Shown here: positions 41,021 to 53,748 of the stretch, one piece after another
How positions within the stretch are numbered: position 1 is the stretch's first letter
Layout: every line of letters begins with the position of its first letter
From: the human T2T-CHM13v2.0 reference genome, Homo sapiens
Reading direction: 5' to 3' (one strand)
DNA: 64,000 nucleotides
Assembly: GCF_009914755.1 (NCBI RefSeq)
Contig: NC_060934.1
The notes under the pieces: generated by a model
What the model saw: only the letters and a program-made list of their open reading frames with translations
Told to the model about the DNA's origin: nothing
Databases searched by the model: none
Translations under genes and position numbers: made by a program

Positions 41021-41500
41021 AACATCAAATTAGGTATTGATGAAATTTTGGCCCGATGATAAAGAATATCTTAGGCTAAAAGTAATGGGAAAATTAAATT
41101 GTTTGCAGGATGTTTCAGCACTACTCCCTACTTAGCTAGATTTATCTCCTCTTTCTTCTCTGTGTGTCAGTTTGCAAACAAGAACTGCCCTTTTCTCTTT
41201 GAAAAAAAATGAACACTAAAGGCAGAGATTTTCATTTGGCTGTCTTTGTATTCCCACAACCAAGCATGGTACGTGGTTCAAGAAATGGCTGTTTAATCAC
41301 AGCAGTAACTCCCAGTAGGAAAGATTCTCAAAGGAATTGTTCTTTTAAAAAAAAAAAAATTCACAAAGTAGGCTGTACCCTCAAAGTGCTAAGGAGAGCT
41401 TCTGTCCTCGAAAATCTCCCTGAAATACTGAAAGCATACAAAAAAGGAGAAAGCTCAAAACTAAATTTTGACTCTCAGTGGCTGGGTTTTGTATCTCTTT

Positions 41501-41533
<33 letters not shown>

Positions 41534-41539
41534 CCATTG

Positions 41540-41745
41540 AAATGATTCCACTTCTGAGTTACCTGGAGCAGTCAAATTCAGAAAGACAGAAAATAGGTTG
41601 GTGGTTGGCCAGGGGCTGGAGCAGGAGGGAACAGGGAGTAAGAGTGTAAGGGGGATGGAGGTTTAGTGTGGGGAGATGTGAGAGTTCTGGAGATGGACAG
41701 TGGTTACAGTTGCACAGCAGCATCAATGTATTTAATGCTGCTGAC
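41540..41745 (+). mobile_element. L1M (MB/MC-type) 3' UTR fragment, preceded by an A27 tract (41506-32)
   Basis: agtcaaattcagaaagacagaaaataggttggtggttggccaggggctgg...gagttctggagatggacagtgg. Confidence 0.75.
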
Positions 41746-41789
41746 CTTCATGGACATCCTGGTCATGTGTACAGAAAACTTAGAAGTAA

Positions 41790-41930
41790 ATTAGGGTTTA
41801 AATCCAGTTCCCTGAGGTTGGGCAAGCTGCTGGTCCTCTCTGAATCTGTTTTCTTGTCTGTAAATGGGGCCTGATGTATTGAAAGGCACCTGGCTCAGTG
41901 CCTGTAACAATGGACACTCATGTTCATCTA
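41790..41930 (+). mobile_element. MIR SINE
   Basis: gggtttaaatccagttcc...ctctctgaatctgttttcttgtctgtaaatgggg. Confidence 0.6.
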
Positions 41931-43467
41931 GTTCTGTCCCTTTTCAGCTTTACAGAGAGGCTTCCTACTTAGATGGTTCTCTCTAGCTATGGGGCTTGGA
42001 GAGTAAATGGGCAGGAGTGGGAGTGTGGGAAGGGGCCATGCTCTGTTGATCTCAGCCAGTTGAAGCTGATGCCTCTGTCCTGGTGTTTATAAGGGGCTCC
42101 ATCACACATGTACCCGTCCTCTATTGTGTGGGAGGTACCCCAGGCAATGAAACGGAGAGGTGTCTCCTGGTGTTGCAGTGGGGAGGAGACCTCTGGACCA
42201 GGACGTGCTGTGGGGCGTCAGCTACCAACCTTGTGGTCTCGGGAAAGTGACCTATCAAGGGGGCATACAACAGGGACACCACCTTGAAATCTGAAGTCAC
42301 TGAGTAGCAGGGGAGGTTGGAGCCTGGGGCACCCCATGGCCTGCCCTTGGGTTTCATTTAACTGTGGCCTCCCCAGGATGTTACACGTCCTGGCCTCCTC
42401 CCTGCAGAAGATGAGGCTTATTCCCAGTCGGCAGACTGGACTTCTTCATAAGTGAAAAATAGTTACATAATGGTTATCTCATTGGTGTTTAGATTTCTGA
42501 ACAAAACGATGATCCAAAATCTGAGTGTGGAGAAACGGATCCCCAGTGAAGGAGGAGGGAGGGGCCGTGTGCATGCTCATGCTGTTTATCCCAAGCCTGT
42601 TTTCCACCCTCCCTGCCCTCCCATGCAGAGGCCCCGCCCTGTGTCCACTCTACTTCTTAGGAACCTGGCAACCCCAGGGAATTTTCCTGACAAGTCAGTG
42701 TCATTTTATGGGTTATTGCTGTTTTCCCAGAATAGCCAATTAGTATTGAGGGAGTGTCACCTGCTCTTCTCCATGTTCAGCCCCTTCCTGAGCACACTCA
42801 TCAGGTTTAAGGAGCCAGCTGTCCCACCTGCTCAGCTGTGCACCCCTACAGGCTGGGATCTTGTGAGATTCATACCTACTGAGGAGGGTGCTTGCGTTCA
42901 GTCATGGTTGAGATGGGGCTCTTCCAGCACAGCCCCAAAATACTTCAAGAGGCGCAGAGGAAACTCGGCCTCCCGAGTGAGCATCCCCTTGATCCCAGCA
43001 AGGCTGGAGGGAGGCAGTGCTGTGGGTAGTTAGTTGGAGGAACCAAGGGCATGGCCTCTTTTATTCTAGTGACATTCAAGGGCACCAGCTGTTTTGACTC
43101 CCAGGAAGCTGTTTTTCCCATGCTGAGTAGTCTCATGGCACTGTGTGCCACCACAGTGCTGCCCAGCCCTGCCACCCTGGACTGACCGATAGAGGGGAGA
43201 CCACAGCGTCAGCTGCTAACATGGAAGGACTTGATTGTGCAAGAGCTGGGTTTCCTGGGAAGTCAGGCACCCTGCTCCTTCACCTCCCCATAACAGCTGT
43301 CCCCATGGCAGTCTCATGACAATAACAAGCCAGCCTTGCTATTTTGGAAAGCAGTGAGGGACGTGGAGATCCGATCTGGACAGTATTCATCTCCTGTGTG
43401 ACCTGGGTGAGTTGCCCACCCTCACAGAGTTCTTTTCACCGAGTTCACATGGGACTCAAATGGGATG

Positions 43468-43640
43468 CCATGGTTTTAACCCCTGGCGTGCGTTAGAATC
43501 ACCTAGAGGAATTGAAACAGAGAAATACCAGTGTCCCAACCCCACCCTCAGGAATTTGGATTTAATTCCCCTGCTGGGTCCCAGGTGGCACCTGAAGGTA
43601 TTGAGGTGATTCTAATGTGCAGCCGAGGTTGAGAAGGACC
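43468..43640. mobile_element. MER5A-type hAT-Charlie MITE
   Basis: gcgtgcgttagaatcacct ... aggtgattctaatgtgcagccgaggttgagaa, inverted termini. Confidence 0.75.
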
Positions 43641-44759
43641 AAGCTGGACGTTGCGAGAGTGCTCTGGTAAATTTCGTTTGGTGTTACTCTCATTACATTC
43701 TCCACTGACTTTGGCAGTGTCTGTGAATTTTCACATTTTTCATGTAAAGATCTTCATGACTTTTTTTCTTAACATTGTTTCCAACAACTACTGCAGGTCA
43801 TTTAGCAAGAATTAGTCATGGTAGTTCACAGCCCTGAACCCAAACACCCCCAGATCTTCAGCCTCGCGTGGGGCTTCCAGTGACTTCGTGGAATGTCATC
43901 ATAGTCCTTCCTTTGGAGAGCTGGATTTTCTCAGGCACCGTGAGGATCTGGGCCAAGCTTCTCCAGGGCTGTCATTGCTTCCTGGTTGGAAAACCCCTAG
44001 GTGCCAAATGCAAGAGGAGAAAGAGTGAAATTAACCAGCTCACCCATCAATAGCAGTCTCAAAATCATAGAACTGGGAGCCTGTAAGAAATCACACATTT
44101 CTGTGAATGTGTAGAGAATAACTCCAAAGTTTCACCGTGACAAGTGCAGAAATTACATTTAAATGAGTACAGAAGAAAATTTCGCCACAAACTGTGTTAG
44201 CCAAAGAAGGTTCTGTACAATGAGACGTAACTGAATTATGGGTAAGTTCTGTGTTCCTGCTGATGCCCTCCCCACTCCGTCTGGGGCTGGGGCTGTCTTG
44301 AGCCAGCATTCCTGTTCATTCCACCTGAGGACTCCAGTGTGTGGGAAGGAGGAAGAGACTTAAACCCACCTAGGGGCCGGGTGTACAGCAGAAGGATAGT
44401 ACCCATTGAGGGGCCAATATAGGTTTCGTAGTGAGAACATAATAATGCAGGTTTAACCAAAAGAATGTGATCTTTGAAGACTGTTTGATCTTATGCATGG
44501 TTTATGGTATTTTGTAAATGGAATAGCTTTTCCAAGAAATTCAAAAAAGTGCCCATATGACGCTTCATGTTTATAGATTTATGAAGTATTGGTTCTCAGT
44601 ATAACCTGGGAAAGAGGCTGGGGAGGTCCGCTCATCTTCATTTTCTGATGAGACAACTGAGATTTAGTTTAAATAGTGGTCACATTGCTAGGAATTTGGT
44701 AGTTCAAGGACAAGACTTACAGTGTTGAAACTCTCATTTTGGTGCGTTTCATGTTTTAG

Positions 44760-45092
<333 letters not shown>

Positions 45093-47109
45093 TATTTTTA
45101 CTTTTTAAATTGAGTTTTCATTTTGAAATGAAAAATGAGAAAATTCAAAATTTTTAAATGAAAACATTGGTCTTTGCCCAGTAACGAACATGTGTACACC
45201 TTTGCATTCATACAGTCCCCTAGAACCAGTAAGTCCTTTCCCTGCAAAGCTGTCCTGAACATTCAGGGTCCACACATTGACCACTGAAGGGTAGGAGGAA
45301 AGGCAAAGCAAGCTGCACAAAGGGAAGATGGCCCGTAGCCTTGAAATGCACTCTTGCTAGCCCTCCCCATTTTGGTTATTATCAGCAAAGATCAGTGACA
45401 TGTTAATATATTCGGCTATTTTACTGTGAATATAATGGTAAATTTTAATAGAAATTGAGTTAGATAGCAGTTTCTGAATCTGAAAGAAAGTGACATTGCT
45501 TGCGAATGCTCACAGTAGCACTTAACATTGTGAAGTTCAACTCAATTTTTATTTGCTGTTTCACAGAAAGCAATAATCCCTCATATTTTATAGTACCATC
45601 TGGGTTACAAAAATCCCGATGCGTCTTTGTTGGACAAGCCAGGATCTCAGGAAGGAGTGGAGGGGAGCTTCATCTCAGTGGCTTCTGCCCTGAATTTGAA
45701 TTTTTAACAGGCAGCTTTTAAGCATCCTGTGGCACTCATCCCATCTCAGTGTAGCAGAGACAGTAATGTCTTTCCCTCTATGGTTGAGAAGGAGCTTTTG
45801 AATGCCCTTTTGGAAGCTGTAGAAATCTATGATACTCATCGTCAGCATTCGACCATGAACTTAAACTCCTATCACACCTCTAGGTGTGATAATATTTCTC
45901 CTTCTGTTACAACAGAGTAATGTCACACTTGGCACTTTTACTGTCCTCTTGCGAGACTATCCTCCAAGTGCTGTCTGAGAGTGTTAACTGCTATTTGGCT
46001 CATTTTTCTGCACCAAGGAGAACAGAAACACAGCAGGCACCAAGAGGAGGTTTAGTGTGCAGTGGGTTGTTCTGAAAGGCAGTGAGTAAAATGAGGTATT
46101 CCCTGACTTCTGCTTTTGCTACATGAAGTCATGAGGTCCTTGAAGCCAGACTTAGGTACCGTTTCTTTCATCCCTTGCTAGTTCCTAATCGTAGACACAA
46201 ACCTTCCACATCCATCCAGGCGGATGGCAGTGCTTCTTGTAGAAAGCAATGTCACTAAGGCAGTGTCACTAAGGAAAACAGGACAAGGCAACAGTTGTGT
46301 TCAGAGTTTTGACTGGCGTCTGATTGGAATTAGAAGGAAGATTATTTTGCCATAACCTAGGTACCGTGACCCAAGCTCTTTTGGCAGACCTTGACGTCAC
46401 AAACCGTACGCTTGCTGGAGAAGGGAAAAGGAGAGTTGCAGCCACTAAGAGAGTCAAGGCTGTGGCCTGCCTGGTGGTGTTTTATAGGAACTGGCTCAGG
46501 GAGGCTGCATGTCCTTTGTTTTCTGAGGCCTTGTTCCACGTGGCCTCCCACTTGAGGCCAGGAATATTGCAGCAATGCCGAAGAGTGGGTGGACAAATAG
46601 CCTTATTATTAACCTAAGTTGGAAACATGGCTTTTTGAGTGTCTTCATTCACAGATGCAGTCACAAAATATTAATACTCTTTTTTTGAACATGACAAAAC
46701 AAAGTATTCATTTAAACCTCCTTTGTCCACGTCCATGGTAAAAGAGCACCTCAGGCAGGGGAGAAAAAAAAAAAAAACTGGTCCCTTGAGAATTACTTTA
46801 TCCTTTGCATTTGCATATAGTTTGAATTCATAATTAGGCTATTTTTATTGGCTAGCAGCTGTATTATCATATAAATCCCTGAATATGTAATTTGGAGTCA
46901 TTTAGACCAGTCGTCCCACAGTAACCCTGGGAAGCACGTGAGCAGCGTCAGCGTCTTTCTCGAGGAAGAAAATGAAGATGGGGAGTAACTTGCTGCAGGC
47001 AGCTTAGCTCCTGCTGTGGTGGATTGGGTTTTTACGCTAAAGAACATAGATACCTGTTCAGTAATAACTTACATTGGCATAGAATTCATCTATTAACAGG
47101 ATGTTTTGA

Positions 47110-47403
47110 GGCCAGACGTGGTGACTCACACCTGTAATCCCAGCACTTTGGGAGACCAAGGCTGGAGGATCACTTAAGCCCAGGAGTTGGCAAGACCAGC
47201 CTGGGCAATACAGCGAGACCCCCAGCTCTGCAAAAAAAATAACAAAATTAGCCAGGCATGATTGTTCATGCCGGTGGTCCCAGCTACTCAGGAGGCTGAG
47301 GAGGGAGGACAGCATGGGCCCAGGAGTTTGTGGTTATACTGCACTCCAGCCTGGCAACAGAGCAAGACCCTCTCTCTTTAAAAAAAACAAAACAAAACAA
47401 AAC
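47110..47403 (+). mobile_element. AluJ element
   Basis: ggaggatcacttaagcccaggag J-type diagnostic; (AAAAC)n tail. Confidence 0.9.
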
Positions 47404-47405
47404 AG

Positions 47406-47688
<283 letters not shown>

Positions 47689-47879
47689 AAAAGAAAAAGA
47701 AAGAAAGAGAGAAAGAAAGGAAGGAAGGAGAAAGAAAGAAAGAAAGAAAGAAAGAAGGAAGGAAGGAAGGAAGGAAGGAAGGAAGGAAGGAAGGAAAGAA
47801 AGAAAGAAAGAAGGAAAGAAAGAAGAGAGAAGGAAAGAAAAGAAAGAAAGGAAAGAAAGAAAGAAGAAAGAAAGAAGGG
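47689..47879. repeat. Pure-purine (GAAA)n/(GGAA)n microsatellite from the Alu tail
   Basis: 191 nt of only A and G, including (GGAA)10 at 47757-96. Confidence 0.97.
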
Positions 47880-47934
47880 TTCCCATTGTTCTTGCATTCA
47901 TTGTCTGCGTTGGTTGAGTCTGTAGGCAGGGTAG

Positions 47935-48060
47935 GGATGAGCATCTTCATTTTCTTCATTTTACACGGAAAAGAAATCTCTGGTTGAACGTGGTCAGTGA
48001 CTTGCTTCAGCTGGGAGACTTGGGACTGAAGCTGCCCTCTGTGACTCTGCACTCTGTCCG
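47935..48060 (-). mobile_element. MIR SINE fragment
   Basis: cttcattttacacggaaaagaaatc...cagtgacttgc. Confidence 0.5.
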
Positions 48061-51000
48061 TGATACCAGGGAACTGGTGAATCCAGGAGCCTCCCATTGT
48101 GATGCTCACTCCTTCTCCTGTCCATTCATATGGGTAAAAAAGGTTTTGTGGCTTAAGTAGCATCCAGTTTCATCTCAAGTTTCAGTTCCCATAAAATAAA
48201 CAGATACTAGGGTAGCAAATGGTCCCTTATTAAATGTCACAGGGGAAAAAGAGAACAAAAATCATTTTCTGTACTCTCCAGAATACAGTTGAGTGTCCCG
48301 ATTGCCTCATACCTCCAGTGAGAACAGCAGCAGCATTTATGGGCTATCTCAGTGAGCCACTTTTCTGTTAAACAATCCAACACGGAAGTAACACAGGCTG
48401 TCCTTTGGGCTCCCCCGCCTGATCCGCTGAACAGAATCTCAGTTCTGTTTGACTTACACGGTCGGTGGCAGAGGGAGGAGGGAGAAACTCTTCCATCTTT
48501 ATTCCCAAATGGGGATCTCATTTTGGGTGCATGTATGCAAAATCTGTTCTGTCTCCTCATGCTTAGTGTGCTAGTATATATTTACTGCTGACTGCATTTC
48601 TTTATGAGGACTCTTCTGTAGCGTTTTGATACTGACAATTTTATGAAGGCTATTTCTTGATATTTGTTTATTACTCCTTTAAAAATGTATTTTTGTGGCA
48701 GCTTCAAGGCAGTTGCAAGATAGTGTATTTTTCAATAGAGAAGTTGGATTAAAACTTACAGCAACTGTCACCTGGTAACCAGACCCCATATAACTGTGTC
48801 AACATTAACCAGTGATTTATTGCTTTAAATTGGAATCAGCTGATTTGTGGTTCCACGGCTTTTAACGCTGCAGGATTAATCTGGAACCCACTGGTACACA
48901 TGAAATAGTTGTATTATCTGCTGTTCTAAGACTGATGAAATGTTTAAAAGGATAGCTGTGTAATCAGTCCATTATCTCCTGGTGTTCCAGCTTATTCTGT
49001 TCCGTGTGGCAGTGTACAATTTCAAAAATAATTATTCTGCTGTCCTTAATATGGGAGCCGAATGCAGTGACTGATAAAAACTGCATTCAGCAAGCCCTTT
49101 CCCAAATTGGGTAGTTCTATTTTGTTATCTTCTGAAGGGAAAACATGGGTTGTGATGGTCAGACCTCCTAGGAGTCTGGAAGCTTTAGAGCAAGCCCTGG
49201 GAGGCAGAACACTTAATCTGTTGCCAACATCTTTTTCTGTTTAATATTTTGAATTTTTTGTTTGTAGGTAAACTTGTTTAGACTACACTTTCATGTACTC
49301 ATCTGAACATAGGTAGACCTCTTGAAAATAAGGATATTGATGCTTACAGTTTTCTTTTGTTCTGAAAGCAGTCAGAACATAGCCATAGTTACAGAATGTG
49401 GGTTTTAAAAAGCAATCTAGACCAGTGTCCCTTTCTTAGCATCCTACTTTGACAGCCAGCTATTGAAGGAGACCCAGAAGGGCATGGTCAAGTGGTTTGC
49501 TTCAGACTTGCGTTCTGTACAAAGCTCATCCAAAGGAAAAGCGTTGTAGATTTTTTTGCATAGACTAGGTAGTCTCTAGGGATAATTATTCTTGTTTACA
49601 AAGATGTTCGTGGCAATCTATAGACTGTTAGTGATGTTTTGAGGAAAACCCAAGACTCAACATCTTGTATATAAAGGATTGCCCATGAAATCACAGTCTG
49701 TCTTCAAACTGTAAGTAGAACATGAGCTTTCCAGTTAATAGGGAAAACATAAAACAATGGATTTTATTGCAGGGCAGTCCTGGCCTTGTATAGACCAAGA
49801 GTAGTTGACTTTCCAGGTAACCATGGATACCTTAGGAGGAGGGGTTGGTAGGACCTGAGAGGAGGATGGCATACAATTGTATGACTGTTCTCTAGTGGCG
49901 AGAGATTGTCAAGGAAGAAATGAACAGTTTTATTAGAACCCAAGACCATGATCTCTGGGACCAACATCTTTAATTGGAGACTTGTTAGAAGCCATTCAGT
50001 TAAGAAGACAGTATGAGATGCATCACCTTGTTTCTGCGATGTTATCTTCTACTCCCCGATTCGGTTGCTGGTTATCTCTTAGGCCTGCTTTTCCCCCCTC
50101 TTGAACATGGAGCTAATAACTTTCAAACAAATCTTGAGCCCTCTAGGCAGACACTCTGTTGTTCCTTGAGCCCGGGCCATCCTTGCTATTGCTACCTGAC
50201 CACAAGTGCTGGAAGTAGATGTCACACCTGCGAGCAGAGAAGGCCCGCAGGTTGGGTATGGTCTGTGTAGAGCCTGAATCAGAAGGGTCTGGGCTGGAAA
50301 GGAAGATGGTCAGATGTTGCCCTCTGCCACCACCCCTTCCCCCAAGTGTGCCTTCTCTTGAAAAATGTGGTAAATTCCATGAAATTCATTTCTAGTCACA
50401 GTTAAGAGCAGGCCCTCCAGACTCCACTCAGCTTGTCTGTTATGAGGAAAAAGCCATCAATATTTTAAAAGCTGCTGAGAGGCAAGAAGTTAGCCTCGAT
50501 GGCTGGAAATTAAGAATTTTTTTTATTCTATGCAAAATCTGTCCATTGCTTCTCTAAAGCAGCAGCAGGGCTGAGGGAAAGCTTAGCCTAGAACAGGGAT
50601 GTGATGAAGACTAATAAGATAAAACCAGTCAGAGTGTTTAAGCTAGAGGTAACCTGGAAGTGTCCTAATTGGATGGCCTGAATTTCTCACCCGGGAGTTT
50701 TCCAGAGCAGTTAACACCCAGATATGCCCCGGCATTGATGTCACAAAACTGGGTCGTGGCAGGGTGCTCCAGAGAGTAGATTTCAGGGCAGATCTTCCAG
50801 GGACAGATTTTGTTGACACGCCTTCTGGATTTCTAGTTGTGGTTGAGAATGTATGATGTGAAAATTCACCCAAACTTTCCAGAGTTCAACTTAATGAGAA
50901 GAGAAGAGGTTTAGGGGAGTGTATTAACTCTTTGGGCCCACTAGAGGAGTTTTACAAATAGTTTTCAAGAACCAGTTCGCCCACATGATTTTCAGTCTGC

Positions 51001-52029
51001 CTACGAATTTGTTAGGGGTTGCATTCATATTTATAGGTAGGTATCTCACATTCAGCCTCACCTTTGCCTCCATTCCGTCTATTAATTTTTCTTTGTTCCC
51101 GTACCAAAATGCTAAAAGCCTAAGAGCATGTTCTTACAGCAAAGATATGAATTCCCAACCAAGGGAGATGAAGAAGTGAATTGGTTAAATGTACTGAATA
51201 CCAGTTCTCTGTCTTTTCATAGCACATCCCTTTGATATTTCTTATACTCTGCAGAATGTGGGCATGTGCTTATTTTCATGAATACCTGGAAAGCATTTTA
51301 AATGATGGCAGTGCTACCTGGGTACCAAGAGGACTTAAATGCCACTTGCTGGCTCATGACTTACCCAGGAACATGGTGCAGGGTCTCCCTCTTTTCCTTG
51401 CCCAGTGGGCACAGATCTCTGCAAGACATTTCCAGGTCAGACTTCTGTGCCCCTCTGCATAGGCCTGCCTGTCATTTGATGCTGCTGGTAGGTTGGAGAA
51501 GCAGTCCAAGGGGATGGAGATAAGCCTCAGCTACTGGGTCAGCGTTTTGAAACCTGCTAGCAAAAGGAAGGGAGAAAAGATTGAGAAAAAGAAGACAGAA
51601 ATTAACTTCTGTGTCATTGTGGGCTGAGTCGCACCGTACAAGTTGTTTTCCCTCTGAGCAAATGAAATTTGAGAATTGTTCATCAGTGAGGATGAAATGT
51701 CAGATATTCTTGTCGGGAAGTATATTCCTCTCTCAAACGGGTCAGTTTTACCAAGTGGTTTGCTCAAAAAGGTGTTCTCATCAAGAAAGTGTAAATGTGG
51801 GTTTCAGTGCTTCAATGGCTTTGTCTACCTGACTTCTCTACAGCAGTTCACCAACTTCTAATTTTCTGAAACGAAATTCTAAAACATACTCACTTTGATC
51901 CTGCTAGTACATTTTTCTTGTAGCTGTGTTGGGTAGTCCCCTGAAGTGTGAGGCAGAGATAGCACTGACATGGGCAGAATTGTTACTGTTTCACCTGTAT
52001 TTTCCTTGTGTGTGTTTTTTAATCTGTAG

Positions 52030-52400
52030 GTATTAGGATAGGTTTAACTGTCAGTATTTTCGCAGACCCAAAAATATATTAGGACTTTTAAACACAGAAC
52101 CCTTATGGATATTGGTGGGTGGCTTTCCTCCATGTGGTGATGCAGGGATCCAGGCTTCTCCATCTTGTCACTCTACCATCTCTTTGGTTTTTGTGTGTGT
52201 GTGTGTTTTGTTACTTTTTTTGTCACCTGTGTCCATTCAAAAGGAGAGGAAAGAAAGTATGGAGGACTCATATCTGCTCTGTTAAAAGCTCTGGCTCTTA
52301 AGCAGCACAGGTCACTTCCACTTGTATTTCTTTAGGAAGCCTTTAGTCACGTGGCAAGGGGCAAATGTGGTTTCACCATGAGCTCTGTTCCAGTGTTGGC
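52030..52400. mobile_element. Possible MLT1-type (ERVL-MaLR) LTR relic
   Basis: cagggatccaggcttctccatcttgtcactctaccatc and cacaggtcacttccac...tagtcacgtggc resemble MLT1J/K. Confidence 0.5.
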
Positions 52401-53678
52401 CCTGAGGAAGGAGAGGATGGACTTCAGCAGACACTGGTAGTCCCTGCAACAGCTGTCCTTTGCTGTGTTGTTTCCCAGGCTTCCTGGAGGATAAGAATCC
52501 CAGGGAACACTGCCCTATAGATGACCAGGCCTTTCGCCTGGAAAGCCTGAGCTGAGGGGCATGGCTTGGCTCCAAGAATCCATGTTTTTGCCAATGTTCC
52601 AGGCAATTATCATCTTCAGGAACATTTGGGAAATGCTATTGTAAGAGGTGATTAGATTGTAGAAAGGTATTTGGTACCTTCGTTGCAGTTTTCTGCTGAG
52701 AATCCTGTGTTGTAAGGAATGGTGGTGGACTCGGTGGTGAAACGTAACTCCTGGCACCCATGCTTAACTCTCTTCAGTCTTAAAATTTGGCCTCACTGCA
52801 TAGACAAGATCATGACTGTACCATGTAACACTAAGACATCTGTTCCTACCTGAATTTTTCTTGGAGTAGCAGATTGTTTCATTGAGTTGACCAAGTTTAC
52901 GACTCATTTTGACAGATGGTGATTCTATGGTTTATATCAACTACTTGGAATTTATCATCTAATGACAGCTGTTTAACACATAGGTCAGCATATAAGATTG
53001 ACTAGTAATGAAATCTTCGGGGCATTTTTTTCACCTCCTGTCATAATGTTGAATCTTTGGGAAACCTACCACCTTGGAAATGAAAAGCTTATAAATATAT
53101 TGGGTGAACAGCAGTTGAATTATTTATGTGACAAAAAATTCTTTGTCATCCCAAAAAGAAAGGATGGAAAAGTTGTCCCCGATGGTTTCGGAAGCTGCAG
53201 TGAGATGGACACAGTATGTGGAGTATCTGTGGGGTGAGCTTTTCGTAGCAAATTTGGATCCTAGACTGCCCTCTCTGAGCTACCCAGTAGTCAGTCAAAT
53301 GGGTCAAGTCCTTTTCCACAGTTTGGAATGTGCTCAGGGAATCAAACCGACTTTAATATTAGCCTGTGACAGTTATATTCAGGGAGCTAAGACTTGCTCT
53401 CACTAACATCGAAAGCATTCCAGCACATGTTGGAAAGGTGTTTGGGGTAGCCACTGTTTAGACTTGCCTTAGCTATTGATCTTCTTGTTATCGAATATAA
53501 TTTAGAACTAACAGTGAGACCCTTAGTGGTGGGAGAATATTATTATCATTTGTTATCTGCACAATTAGGAAGCAGGAGAGTACAGCAGAGGCTTTATCCT
53601 ATAAACCATCTCGTTGCCTAGAGCATTTTAGCTCCTTGCAGAGTGGTCTACCACATGCCTGCCTTCCCACCCCCATCC

Positions 53679-53681
<3 letters not shown>

Positions 53682-53748
<67 letters not shown>
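53682..53748. repeat. (TC)25(TG)8 compound microsatellite
   Basis: Read directly. Confidence 0.97.

Noticed and set aside
42452-43033. 193-aa plus-strand ORF
   Set aside because: GTG start and no recognisable homology; consistent with a chance ORF in GC-richer intron.
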